Source of the DNA: a virus
Length of the DNA stretch: 64,000 nt
Virus record (IMG/VR): IMGVR_UViG_3300035703_004076
Span: 4,181 to 68,180 of that record
Reading direction: 5' to 3' (one strand)
How positions within the stretch are numbered: position 1 is the first letter of the stretch; each line of letters opens with the position of its first letter. The notes under the pieces were generated by a model, which ran no database searches, had not been told where the DNA came from, and saw nothing but the letters and a program-made list of their open reading frames with translations. Made by a program: the position numbers and the translations under genes. Below are positions 9,311 through 18,421 of this stretch, piece after piece.

Positions 9311-12300
9311 TTAGTTGTTCTCAAGAGCAGCGAGTCGAGCTTCAAGAGCTTCTTTCTCTGCTTGTAGTGCATCCACTTTTGCATTGAGTTCTTGTATTGC
9401 TTTGAACGCAAGCGATACCATGTTTCCGTATGCAAGAGCGTCTGGTGTTCCATCGGCTGCATACTGCACAAACTCAGTCAGGCCAGCATCATGTACTTCT
9501 TCTGCAATAAGTCCACCAAATACTTTGTCACCATCATTGTTTCCTTTGTAGGTAACAGGACGCAACTCAAGAACTTCGTTAAGTCCGTGTGTTGCATTTT
9601 GAACATCAGTCTTATACTTCAACGAAGATGTCGATCTCAATAAACTTCCGTTTGCATCAACAACAAGGTTTGCTGCACTAGCTGTCGTTGCATTATATGG
9701 AGATTGAGCTTGCAATCCAGTGTTTATCAACCCATCATTTCTTGCATAAAACAAGATCCCAGGCGTCGAGTTTCGCACCGTTAAAGCATAAGTCGAGTTG
9801 CTTGTGCTAGTTCCATTGATTAATAAGCGAGTATCTGTAGAACTTGCAGTACCTATTCCTACACATCCGGAACTGTCAATTCTCATTCTTTCTGTAGATG
9901 ATGTTCCAAATACTATAGGTGTAGATCCATTGGTGTAAATTAATGCGTTTGCGGTGTTTTGAAAACACAATAGTCCTAAGTTGGCATTACTTATTCCTAC
10001 TGTAGTTCCTGTCGCTGAACCTCCATGAGTGGCAATTTGAGTTCCTTTGTATGTAGAGGCACTCCAATAATCATTTACTTGAGCTTCTACAATCGAAATC
10101 GCATCGGCGCTTGAACCACGGGATACAAGTCTTCCTCCAACAACATCAAGCCGATTTGCTGGACTTGTAGTATTAATACCTACGTTACCTCCAGTCTCGT
10201 ATATTGCACTGTTAGCAATCGTGTTAGCATCAGTCCACTTAGACAAGTAGTTTGCACTACCAGCTCCGTCGATTCCTGCACTAGCAGAACCAACAACAGA
10301 GTCTACAGTTTGAGAAGAACCAAGAACTCTAATTGTTCCTGCACTATCTTTAACAATAACAAATGTCAAAACATCAGTTGAAGAGCTGGCCGTTGGTGCA
10401 GTTCCTCCGAACCATTGAACTCCAGTAGCTACTGCACTACCGTTTACACTACAAGCACTTCCGTAAGTGTATGTAGTATTTCCTGCTACGATAGCACTAA
10501 CAGTAGTTACTTTGCCATTTTCTGTTGGTACATTTGTAAACGCCCAAGTTGTTACACTAGCATTAAGAGCACCCAATACAGCATTACCTACTGATGTATC
10601 AACAGTTAATGTTCCAGAACTTGGAGCAAGTGATGTGTTGAACGCATTGGCTACAGCCTCGGTGTATCGTGTTGCATGAACAGTTCCTGCAGAACTAATA
10701 GATACAAGAGCTGTACCAGAACTGTTTTGTGCTTCAAACAAGTTTGCACTTTGAGATGCAGCACCTTTGACAACAAGACCTTTTGCAGCAGCATTGAGAG
10801 TGACAAGAGACAATGATGGATACGTTGCGTCCCATCCTCCAAACCAAGCTGGGTATCCTCTGCTACCTCCACTGGATGTTCCAAGAGTAATTATTCCACC
10901 ACCACCAAGTATTCTACTATTCCAACTTCCACCAGCAGAATTTGAGGTTTCAAAGTCTATAATACCAGTGTTAGCTCCCATGATTCGTAACAAACCATAG
11001 TTACCAGAACCACCAGCTACGACACCACGTATGTTAAAGGCTGGATTGTTTCCAATTTCTCCACTAACTATTAAAGGTGCACTGTTCCATCCCCCACCAC
11101 TAAAAGTTACTGAAGAGGTAGTAAATGTTGTAGCACCAGAACTAGAAACAGTAACTAAATTTGTTGCAGAACTGTTTTGAATTTGAAACAAGTTACCACT
11201 CTGAGATGCAGCACCTTTTACTGTTAAAGGGACTGTCGCTGCAACATCAGCTTCAATAGTTCTTGTGTTTACAAATGATGTTCCGTTGTGTGCTAAAAAA
11301 TGTCCTTTAGCAGCAGATGTGATTACAACATCAGAAAGACCATCAAGATCACTTGCACCGCCAGAAGCAGCAGCAGAGTTGACCCATGCAGTTCCGTTAT
11401 ACTTGAGAACTTGATCTGTGCTTGGTGAACTGATAGTAACATCAGACAAATCATCAAGAGCAGATGGTATTGTTGGTTTGTTGCTAAGATCAGCATACGA
11501 ACCACTGGTTGCTACAGTCGCAAGAGAAGGTGCGCCAGTCAAGCTGGAGTATGCACCATCAAATAATGTGGGTTTATCTGTAAGGTCTGTATACGAGCCA
11601 CTAAACAAAGTTGGCTTATCAGTAAGATCGGTATACGAGCCACTGAACGTACTATCAGCCGCATTTGCCCAACCAGTTCCGTTGTACTTCAGAACTTGTC
11701 CAGATGACGGAGAAGTAATTGAAACTTCACCCAAATCACTAAGATTTGGTGCAGAAGCACTTTGAAGAGATGCAACGTCAGCTTCAACAGCAGTAACACG
11801 AGTGTCAAGTGAGCTAATATCACTTTCAACTTGTGTCAAAGATGGAATTGTAGGCTTGTCACTCAAGTCGTTGTATGAACCACTTGTTGCTACTGTTGCA
11901 AGACCTGTAACCCGAGCTACTGGAACTGTTCCAGCAGAAACGCTACCATCTTTGTCAACAGAGAACAATGCAGTTCCAGATGAGTTTTGCACTTCAAGCA
12001 AGTTTGCGGTTTGAGATGCAGCACCTTTAACAACAAGACCTTTAGTTGCGGCAGCACCAGACTCAACAAAAGCTCCATATAACGCAGAAAACAAACCTGC
12101 GGTATTGATTGTCGCTCTAGCGACAATTCCACCATAAATGCTGGCTTTAGTACCAAACGACATAGATCCGTCGTTAGTATTTCCTGTAATAGTTATTGAA
12201 GCACCTGTAGTAGTACCACCCGTAACTCCAGCAAGAGATAAAGTTGCACCAGCACCAATAATTGAAGCCCCGACTTGAATATTGCTGGCAAATCGTTTTT

Positions 12301-13231
12301 CTCCAGCAAAAATTTGAAATCCTGTATCAACAACTCCTGATGTCGTTGTGCTGGCTACAGGCAACGCAGAGTTTACCCAAGCACTGCCATTAAATTTCAA
12401 AAATTGATTGTTTGCAGCAGATGTAATTGTTACATCACTAAGATCGTCAATCGCCGATGGTATTGTTGGCTTGTTAGTAAGGTCTGTGTACGAGCCACTG
12501 AACGTACTATCAGCAGCATTTACCCAACCAGTTCCGTTGTATTTAAGAACTTGTCCATTAGATGGCGTTGTGATACTAACATCACCCAAATCTCCAAGAT
12601 CAGGAGCAGTTGCACTCTGAAGAGCAGCAACATCAGATTCAACGGCAGTCACACGAGTGTCAATAGCAGATACATCAGAAGCAACATCACCAATCTGTCC
12701 AGCAACGGTTGTTGCAAAATTTTCGTCGTTGCCTAATGCTGCCGCAAGTTCGTTGAGTGTATCAAGAACCGCAGGAGCACTATTAACAACACCAGCTACA
12801 GCAGTGTCAACATATGTTTCTGTAGCAAGACCACTAATGCTAGGAATAGTTGGCTTGTCGGTGAGGTCTGTGTATGATCCACTAAACAGAGAAGGTTTGT
12901 TAGTAAGATCAGTATACGAACCACTAAATGCACTCGCTTCAAGAGCAGCAACATCACCTTCAACAGCAGTAACACGAGTGTCAAGTGAGCTAATGTCACC
13001 TTCAACTTGTGTCAAAGATGGAATAGTTGGTTTATCAGACAGATCATTGTATGATCCGGATGTTGCAACGGCAGCAAGATTTCCAGCATCTGCTTTTGCA
13101 GCAACATCTGTTTGAAGAGTTGCAACATCACTCTGAAGTGTATCGAGCACACCAGATACTTCTGGTGCTAAGTCTACAAGCTCAACCGATCCGTCTTTTA
13201 ATTGTTTTCCTGAAACTTCTGTCTTTGACAT
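9311..13231 (-). CDS. Long fibre protein: SGSYxDL repeats, internal WxGGxAPT domain, C-terminal S74 chaperone
   Basis: SGSYNDLSDKPT and LxDLxDVxIxSPxxGQVLKYNGTxW repeats, LDTLNELAAALG motif, SSLKYKTDV...GLIAEEV C-terminus. Confidence 0.82.
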   Translation of the reverse strand: MSKTEVSGKQLKDGSVELVDLAPEVSGVLDTLQSDVATLQTDVAAKADAGNLAAVATSGSYNDLSDKPTIPSLTQVEGDISSLDTRVTAVEGDVAALEASAFSGSYTDLTNKPSLFSGSYTDLTDKPTIPSISGLATETYVDTAVAGVVNSAPAVLDTLNELAAALGNDENFATTVAGQIGDVASDVSAIDTRVTAVESDVAALQSATAPDLGDLGDVSITTPSNGQVLKYNGTGWVNAADSTFSGSYTDLTNKPTIPSAIDDLSDVTITSAANNQFLKFNGSAWVNSALPVASTTTSGVVDTGFQIFAGEKRFASNIQVGASIIGAGATLSLAGVTGGTTTGASITITGNTNDGSMSFGTKASIYGGIVARATINTAGLFSALYGAFVESGAAATKGLVVKGAASQTANLLEVQNSSGTALFSVDKDGSVSAGTVPVARVTGLATVATSGSYNDLSDKPTIPSLTQVESDISSLDTRVTAVEADVASLQSASAPNLSDLGEVSITSPSSGQVLKYNGTGWANAADSTFSGSYTDLTDKPTLFSGSYTDLTDKPTLFDGAYSSLTGAPSLATVATSGSYADLSNKPTIPSALDDLSDVTISSPSTDQVLKYNGTAWVNSAAASGGASDLDGLSDVVITSAAKGHFLAHNGTSFVNTRTIEADVAATVPLTVKGAASQSGNLFQIQNSSATNLVTVSSSGATTFTTSSVTFSGGGWNSAPLIVSGEIGNNPAFNIRGVVAGGSGNYGLLRIMGANTGIIDFETSNSAGGSWNSRILGGGGIITLGTSSGGSRGYPAWFGGWDATYPSLSLVTLNAAAKGLVVKGAASQSANLFEAQNSSGTALVSISSAGTVHATRYTEAVANAFNTSLAPSSGTLTVDTSVGNAVLGALNASVTTWAFTNVPTENGKVTTVSAIVAGNTTYTYGSACSVNGSAVATGVQWFGGTAPTASSSTDVLTFVIVKDSAGTIRVLGSSQTVDSVVGSASAGIDGAGSANYLSKWTDANTIANSAIYETGGNVGINTTSPANRLDVVGGRLVSRGSSADAISIVEAQVNDYWSASTYKGTQIATHGGSATGTTVGISNANLGLLCFQNTANALIYTNGSTPIVFGTSSTERMRIDSSGCVGIGTASSTDTRLLINGTSTSNSTYALTVRNSTPGILFYARNDGLINTGLQAQSPYNATTASAANLVVDANGSLLRSTSSLKYKTDVQNATHGLNEVLELRPVTYKGNNDGDKVFGGLIAEEVHDAGLTEFVQYAADGTPDALAYGNMVSLAFKAIQELNAKVDALQAEKEALEARLAALENN

Positions 13232-13271
13232 TTTAGTTACCTTTAATATGCCCTATAAGTTAAACTATTTA

Positions 13272-15500
13272 TTACTCAGTTACCCAACCAGCACTTGCAG
13301 TAGCAACGTCTGTATTACTGAACCAATATAAACGAATTCTTGTGGGAAGAGGTGTAGACCCAAATTCATGATGAAATAGACGAACTTTATGTGCGTTTAC
13401 TGTAGATTGATTGCTACCTTCATCCCATCCGTAATTTGCTCCCCCAGCAAACATATTATCGTGGTATCGAACCCATCCTTCACCATACTTTGTAAATACA
13501 ACTACCATATCAGGGAATCTCCCTTTGTTGTGAGTGAGTGTGCGAGTAGTAAAAAAGCCACTTACCCAGTTAAATTCAGAGTCTTGATATATCTCTACAC
13601 TTGATCCCGAAGCAACCGCAGGCCCTCCAGGTGAAACCACATAATTTCCTGTGGCATAATTCACAAACAGCTTCCATCCAGAATCTGGTGCAGTTGTAAA
13701 TGTGATTGTGTCTCCAGAGATAGTATAATCGTTTCCAACACCTTCTTGTTGTAACAGACCGTTCAAGAATACTTGCTCAGTTCCAGCTACTGGTGTGTTT
13801 GCAAGAGTAAATACTGCGTTCGATCCGTTTACAGAACCACTTGGTACTTCTCGTGTGACAAATGCGGTTGACTCAATATCAACAATACGAGTTTCATGAT
13901 CAGCAATATCAGCTTCAACTTCAGTTAAAGAAGGTATTGTCGGCTTATTAGTAAGGTCATTGTATGAACCACTTGTTGCAACTGTAGCAAGTCCACTAAC
14001 ACGAGCAACTGGAACAGTTCCAGCAGCCACACTGCCGTCTTTATCAATAGAGAATAGTTCTGTTCCAGAGCTATTTTGTACTTGAAATAATTTTGCAGTT
14101 TGTGTTGAGTTTCCTTTAACAACCAACGCTATTGCATCAAGATCGGTCTTTACAAATAAAGTTCCTCCGTCAAATCCGTTGATGTACTCTCTAAAATGAG
14201 ATTTCTTATAAAAGAATTTTTCACCATCAATAGTTTGTGGGGCAAATGTAACCAATCCTGTTACTCCCATTCCTGCATTTGGTATGGTATAATTCTTCCA
14301 TGCAGTTCCATCCCATCGAACAAACTGCCCTGATGCTAATGAAGTAATGGTGACATCAGACAAATCGTCCAATACGGAAGGAATTGTTGGCTTGTTAGTA
14401 AGATCGTTGTATGATCCACTGAACGTAGAAGGCGCAGCGCCGTTTACCCAGCCAGTTCCATTATACTTTAATATCTGATCTGCACTTGGCGATGTTATAG
14501 TAACATCAGACAACGCACTCAAAGACGTTACTGGATCTGGAGCGTTCTCAAGAGCAGTAACACGAGAGCTAAGAGCACTGTCGGCACTTGTTCGTGCATT
14601 TGTTTCTGCTTGAAGTCCATCTTCAATTACACCAGCACGAAGATCAAACGCAGCGTCAGCAGCTTCAAGAGCTGTAATGTCACTTTCAGCAGCAGTCATT
14701 CTGTTGCCGAGAGATGTGACTGATGTTTGTACTGAAGATACTGTGGTGTCTAAAGCATCGTCAGCAGCAATTCGTGCCGCTTGTTCGTCAGACAAATCTG
14801 AAGTCAAAGACGAAACGCTCGATTGAACTGATGATAGTGAAGATTGCAACGTTGCTACGTCACCTTCAACCGCAACAATATCAGCTTCGGCAGATGTCAA
14901 TCGTGAATCAACACCAGACAAATCACTATCCAAAGATGTGATGTCGTTTTGTGCGGTGAACAACTCACCCTCGGCTGTGGTTAATCGAGAGTTTAATTGA
15001 TTGATGGATGTGTTAATGTCCAAGCTCACTACAATCATGTCAGAAATGTAGTTGACAAGAATTGCATCACCAGCCTGTGGAGGAATTGTGAATGTTATTG
15101 TGTCATTTTCAATTACATAGTCTGAGTTGGCGCCGGCGTTGAGAAGAGCACCGTTTAAGAACACTTGCTCAGTTCCTATGTTTGGAACATTTGCAAGAGT
15201 GAATTGTGTGTTGCTTCCGTTGGTTGCACCAACTGGAATTTCTCGTGTTACAATCGAGCCGCCGATGACTGCATCAAGATCGGCTTTACGCACTGCATCA
15301 TTATCGTCTACTGGTGCAGCAAGATTCTTAATTTGATGAGAGCCAAAATCAAAATCTCCCGTTACAGCTACCGAGCCGTCACGTTTGATAAGTTCTGATC
15401 CGTCTTTGAGTTTGTCGAGTTCGATTGTACCATCCGCAATTTGACTGTTTTGGATGGTGATATTTTTGATCTGTTTATTACCACGAATCTGTGTTGACAT
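13272..15500 (-). CDS. Fibre/adaptor protein with coiled coil and two copies of the RExPxG..VFLNG..DY domain
   Basis: Domain copies at ~15048-15251 and ~13657-13863; heptad segment; unique C-terminal tip. Confidence 0.75.
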   Translation of the reverse strand: MSTQIRGNKQIKNITIQNSQIADGTIELDKLKDGSELIKRDGSVAVTGDFDFGSHQIKNLAAPVDDNDAVRKADLDAVIGGSIVTREIPVGATNGSNTQFTLANVPNIGTEQVFLNGALLNAGANSDYVIENDTITFTIPPQAGDAILVNYISDMIVVSLDINTSINQLNSRLTTAEGELFTAQNDITSLDSDLSGVDSRLTSAEADIVAVEGDVATLQSSLSSVQSSVSSLTSDLSDEQAARIAADDALDTTVSSVQTSVTSLGNRMTAAESDITALEAADAAFDLRAGVIEDGLQAETNARTSADSALSSRVTALENAPDPVTSLSALSDVTITSPSADQILKYNGTGWVNGAAPSTFSGSYNDLTNKPTIPSVLDDLSDVTITSLASGQFVRWDGTAWKNYTIPNAGMGVTGLVTFAPQTIDGEKFFYKKSHFREYINGFDGGTLFVKTDLDAIALVVKGNSTQTAKLFQVQNSSGTELFSIDKDGSVAAGTVPVARVSGLATVATSGSYNDLTNKPTIPSLTEVEADIADHETRIVDIESTAFVTREVPSGSVNGSNAVFTLANTPVAGTEQVFLNGLLQQEGVGNDYTISGDTITFTTAPDSGWKLFVNYATGNYVVSPGGPAVASGSSVEIYQDSEFNWVSGFFTTRTLTHNKGRFPDMVVVFTKYGEGWVRYHDNMFAGGANYGWDEGSNQSTVNAHKVRLFHHEFGSTPLPTRIRLYWFSNTDVATASAGWVTE

Positions 15501-15570
15501 TTTTGTTTCCGTAAGTAAAATTCTTTGTTCTAAATCTGTATGGTAATACTATAGTCCACTATGAGAGTGG

Positions 15571-15597
15571 GTGGTGCCCCACTAGGTAGGGCACCAC
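15571..15597 (-). terminator. Strong hairpin just downstream of the 856-aa gene (terminator or mRNA-stabilizing stem)
   Basis: GTGGTGCCC...GGGCACCAC inverted repeat; no clear U-tract on the minus strand. Confidence 0.55.
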
Positions 15598-15620
15598 TTT
15601 AATTGTCTCTAAGACTTAAA

Positions 15621-18191
15621 TTAAGCCTTGAGGTAGCTAACGCGGATGCGATCACCACTAACAGGGGCAGTCGAGAACGTAATAGTTCCGCCCGAGATAG
15701 AGTAGTCGTTTCCAACTCCAGGCTCTTGTAAGAGTCCGTTGAGGTAAACGTGCTCGCTGTTCAATACAGGACTGTGTGCTAACGAGAAGTCAGCATTAGT
15801 TCCGTTGATTGTTCCACTTGGAGACTCACGAGTGATAACGTTTGCAACGTAGAGTACAGTAGACTCAAGCGCAGCAATATCAGACTCAGCAGTGTCCATG
15901 CGACCTTCAAGGGCAACAATGTCAGCTTCAGCAGTGTCCATGCGACCTTCAAGGGCAACAATGTCAGCTTCAGCAGTGTCCATGCGGCCTTCAACAGCAT
16001 CAACTTCACCTTGAAGGGAAGTATCAGCAGCAGCACGAGCAACTTCTTCTGCGTCAATCTCAGCTTGAAGAGCACTGTCAGCAGCAATACGAGCGGCTTC
16101 TTCGTCAGACAAGTCTGATGCGAGCGAAGCATCGGCAGCAGCACGAGCAACTTCTTCTGCGTCAATCTCAGCTTGAAGAGCAGCTTCAGCAGCCATAGCT
16201 CTTACTTCTTCTGCATCAACGTCAGCAGCACGGTCAAGAACTTCTTGAGCGAGATCGGCTTCAACAGCATCAACCTCAGCTTGAAGTGCAGCATCGCCAG
16301 CAATACGAGCAGTCTCTTCGTCTGAAATGTCAGAAGCGAGTCCAGCTTCAGCAGCCATAGCACGAGCCTCTTCTGCATCAATGTTACCTTGAAGGGTAAT
16401 ATCAGCAGCGGCACGAGCAGCTTCCTCAGCATCAATCTCAGACTGAAGGGCAGCTTCTGCGCCAAGAGCACGAGTCTCTTCTGCATCAATTTCGCCCTGA
16501 AGCAAAGTATCAGCAGCAGCTCTTGCAACTTCTTCAGCATCAACTTCTGCTTGAATAGCAGCTTCAGCAGCAGCAGCACGAACTTCTTCAGCATCAATTT
16601 CAGCTTGAAGTGCGCCAATTTGTCCAGCTACAGTTGTAGCAAAGTTCTCGTCGCCACCAAGAGCATCGGAGAGTTCTTTGAGTGTATCAAGTACAGCAGG
16701 AGCACTGTTCACAAGAGCAGCGATCTCTGTATCTGTGTAGCTATTAGCACTTGCAAGTACAACAGCATCAGCAGCGATGTAATCAGCTTCTACAGCATCG
16801 ATGTTTCCTTGAAGAACAAGGTCAGCAGCGGCACGAGCAGCTTCTTCTGCATCAACTTCAGCTTGTACTCCAGCAACTGCACTGATACGAGCAGACTCTT
16901 CAGCAGCAATATCAGAAGCCAAATCAGCCTCAGCAGCCATAGCACGAGTCTCTTCTGCGTCTACATCAGCAGCGCGGTCAAGAACTTCTTGGGCAAGGTC
17001 AGCTTCAACAGCATCAACCTCGGCTTGGAGAGCAGCTTCAGCAGCCTCAGCACGAGCTTCCTCAGCATCGATGTTTCCTTGGAGAGTTACATCAGCCGCA
17101 GCTCTTGCAACTTCTTCAGCATCAATCTCAGCTTGGAGAGCAGCTTCAGCAGCCATAGCACGAGTTTCCTCGGCGGTTACGTCAGCAGCACGGTCAAGAA
17201 CTTCTTGTGCAAGGTCAGCTTCAACTGCATCAACCTCGGCTTGAAGAGCTGCATCAGCAGCGGCGCGAGCTACTTCTTCTGCATCAACTTCTGCCTGAAT
17301 AGCAGCTTCAGCAGCCATAGCACGAGTCTCTTCATCAGAGATGTCAGAAGCCAATCCAGCTTCAGCCGCAGTTGCACGAGCAATCTCATCAGCAAGATCC
17401 GACTCAAGAGTAGAAATATCCGACTCAGCAGTGTCCATACGACCTTCAAGAGCAACAATGTCACCCTCGCCGGTTGTCAGACGAGAATCCAAAGCAGAAT
17501 CAGCATTTGTTCGAGCAAGAGTCTCAGCAGCAAGTCCGTTCTCAAGATCGGTTACACGACCATCCATAACAACATCGGCAGCTTCGAGAGCAGCGATGTC
17601 AGACTCAGCAGTGTCTAAACGAACGTCAAGTGCAGCTTCAGCAGCTTCAGCACGAGCAGTTTCGTCAGCAAGGTCAGATGCTACAGCATCAATGTTGCTT
17701 TGAAGGGTTGAATCGGCAGCAGCACGAGCAAGCTCTTCGGCAGCAAGATCAGCAGCGATAGCAGCCTCGGCAGCTTCAGCACGAGCAACTTCAGCAGCAA
17801 GATCGGACTCAAGAGCAACAATGTCACCCTCGGCAGTTGACATACGTCCTTCGAGAGAATCAATATCTCCCTCGGCAGTTGTCATGCGACCTTCGATTGC
17901 GTCAAGTCTTGGATCTAAGTCGTCTTGAACTTGAGCACGAAGAGTCTCCAATCCAGCATCAACGTATGCTTTATTAGCAGCATCGCCTGAAGCAGTTGGT
18001 GTAGCTACGTTTACAACTTTGTTAGAACCAGCGTCTACGTTTCCGGCGAAAGCAACAGATCCATCACGGAGAATGACATCTGCGCCCTGTGCAAGTTTAC
18101 TAAGCTCGATGCCTGCATTAGCAGCAATCTCAACGTTAGTAATCGTTGCGGATTTAATTTGTGTATTACCACGAATTTTGGTTAAAGCCAT
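15621..18191 (-). CDS. Long acidic Ala/Glu-rich coiled-coil fibre (fibritin/whisker-like) with C-terminal RExPxG domain
   Basis: ~650 aa of AEExARAAAD..LQxEIDA repeats; N-terminal TKIRGNTQIK...DAANKAYVD; strongly biased codons. Confidence 0.75.
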   Translation of the reverse strand: MALTKIRGNTQIKSATITNVEIAANAGIELSKLAQGADVILRDGSVAFAGNVDAGSNKVVNVATPTASGDAANKAYVDAGLETLRAQVQDDLDPRLDAIEGRMTTAEGDIDSLEGRMSTAEGDIVALESDLAAEVARAEAAEAAIAADLAAEELARAAADSTLQSNIDAVASDLADETARAEAAEAALDVRLDTAESDIAALEAADVVMDGRVTDLENGLAAETLARTNADSALDSRLTTGEGDIVALEGRMDTAESDISTLESDLADEIARATAAEAGLASDISDEETRAMAAEAAIQAEVDAEEVARAAADAALQAEVDAVEADLAQEVLDRAADVTAEETRAMAAEAALQAEIDAEEVARAAADVTLQGNIDAEEARAEAAEAALQAEVDAVEADLAQEVLDRAADVDAEETRAMAAEADLASDIAAEESARISAVAGVQAEVDAEEAARAAADLVLQGNIDAVEADYIAADAVVLASANSYTDTEIAALVNSAPAVLDTLKELSDALGGDENFATTVAGQIGALQAEIDAEEVRAAAAEAAIQAEVDAEEVARAAADTLLQGEIDAEETRALGAEAALQSEIDAEEAARAAADITLQGNIDAEEARAMAAEAGLASDISDEETARIAGDAALQAEVDAVEADLAQEVLDRAADVDAEEVRAMAAEAALQAEIDAEEVARAAADASLASDLSDEEAARIAADSALQAEIDAEEVARAAADTSLQGEVDAVEGRMDTAEADIVALEGRMDTAEADIVALEGRMDTAESDIAALESTVLYVANVITRESPSGTINGTNADFSLAHSPVLNSEHVYLNGLLQEPGVGNDYSISGGTITFSTAPVSGDRIRVSYLKA
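15886..15994. repeat. 42-bp tandem repeat x2.5 (EGRMDTAEADIVAL, two heptads)
   Basis: cagcagtgtccatgcgaccttcaagggcaacaatgtcagctt repeated at 42-bp period. Confidence 0.9.
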
Positions 18192-18354
18192 TTTACTATT
18201 CCTTAAAGAATTATGGTTTTGTTATGTGTTGTGAAATAACGAGTCTCAGCGTCAGTCAAGAGCATGACAGAAAGCAGTCGAGGTCAATAGAGAGACCCGC
18301 AGAATAATGACTCAATTTGTGTGTATGATGTAGTAGTTATAGCCTGTATGCAGT

Positions 18355-18362
18355 TATTTATA
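18355..18362 (-). promoter_or_regulatory. T4-type late promoter TATAAATA
   Basis: Perfect consensus ~165 nt upstream of the 856-aa gene. Confidence 0.8.
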
Positions 18363-18421
18363 CACGGAAGGAGCTAGTTTCCAAAATTATTTTGGAAAAG
18401 TGTAAACTTTTTGTAAGTGTG

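Noticed and set aside
16389-17618. 409-aa plus-strand ORF and other long antisense ORFs over fibre genes
   Set aside because: Ser/Phe-rich shadow frames produced by GCT/GAA codon bias of the real minus-strand genes; no RBS or promoter
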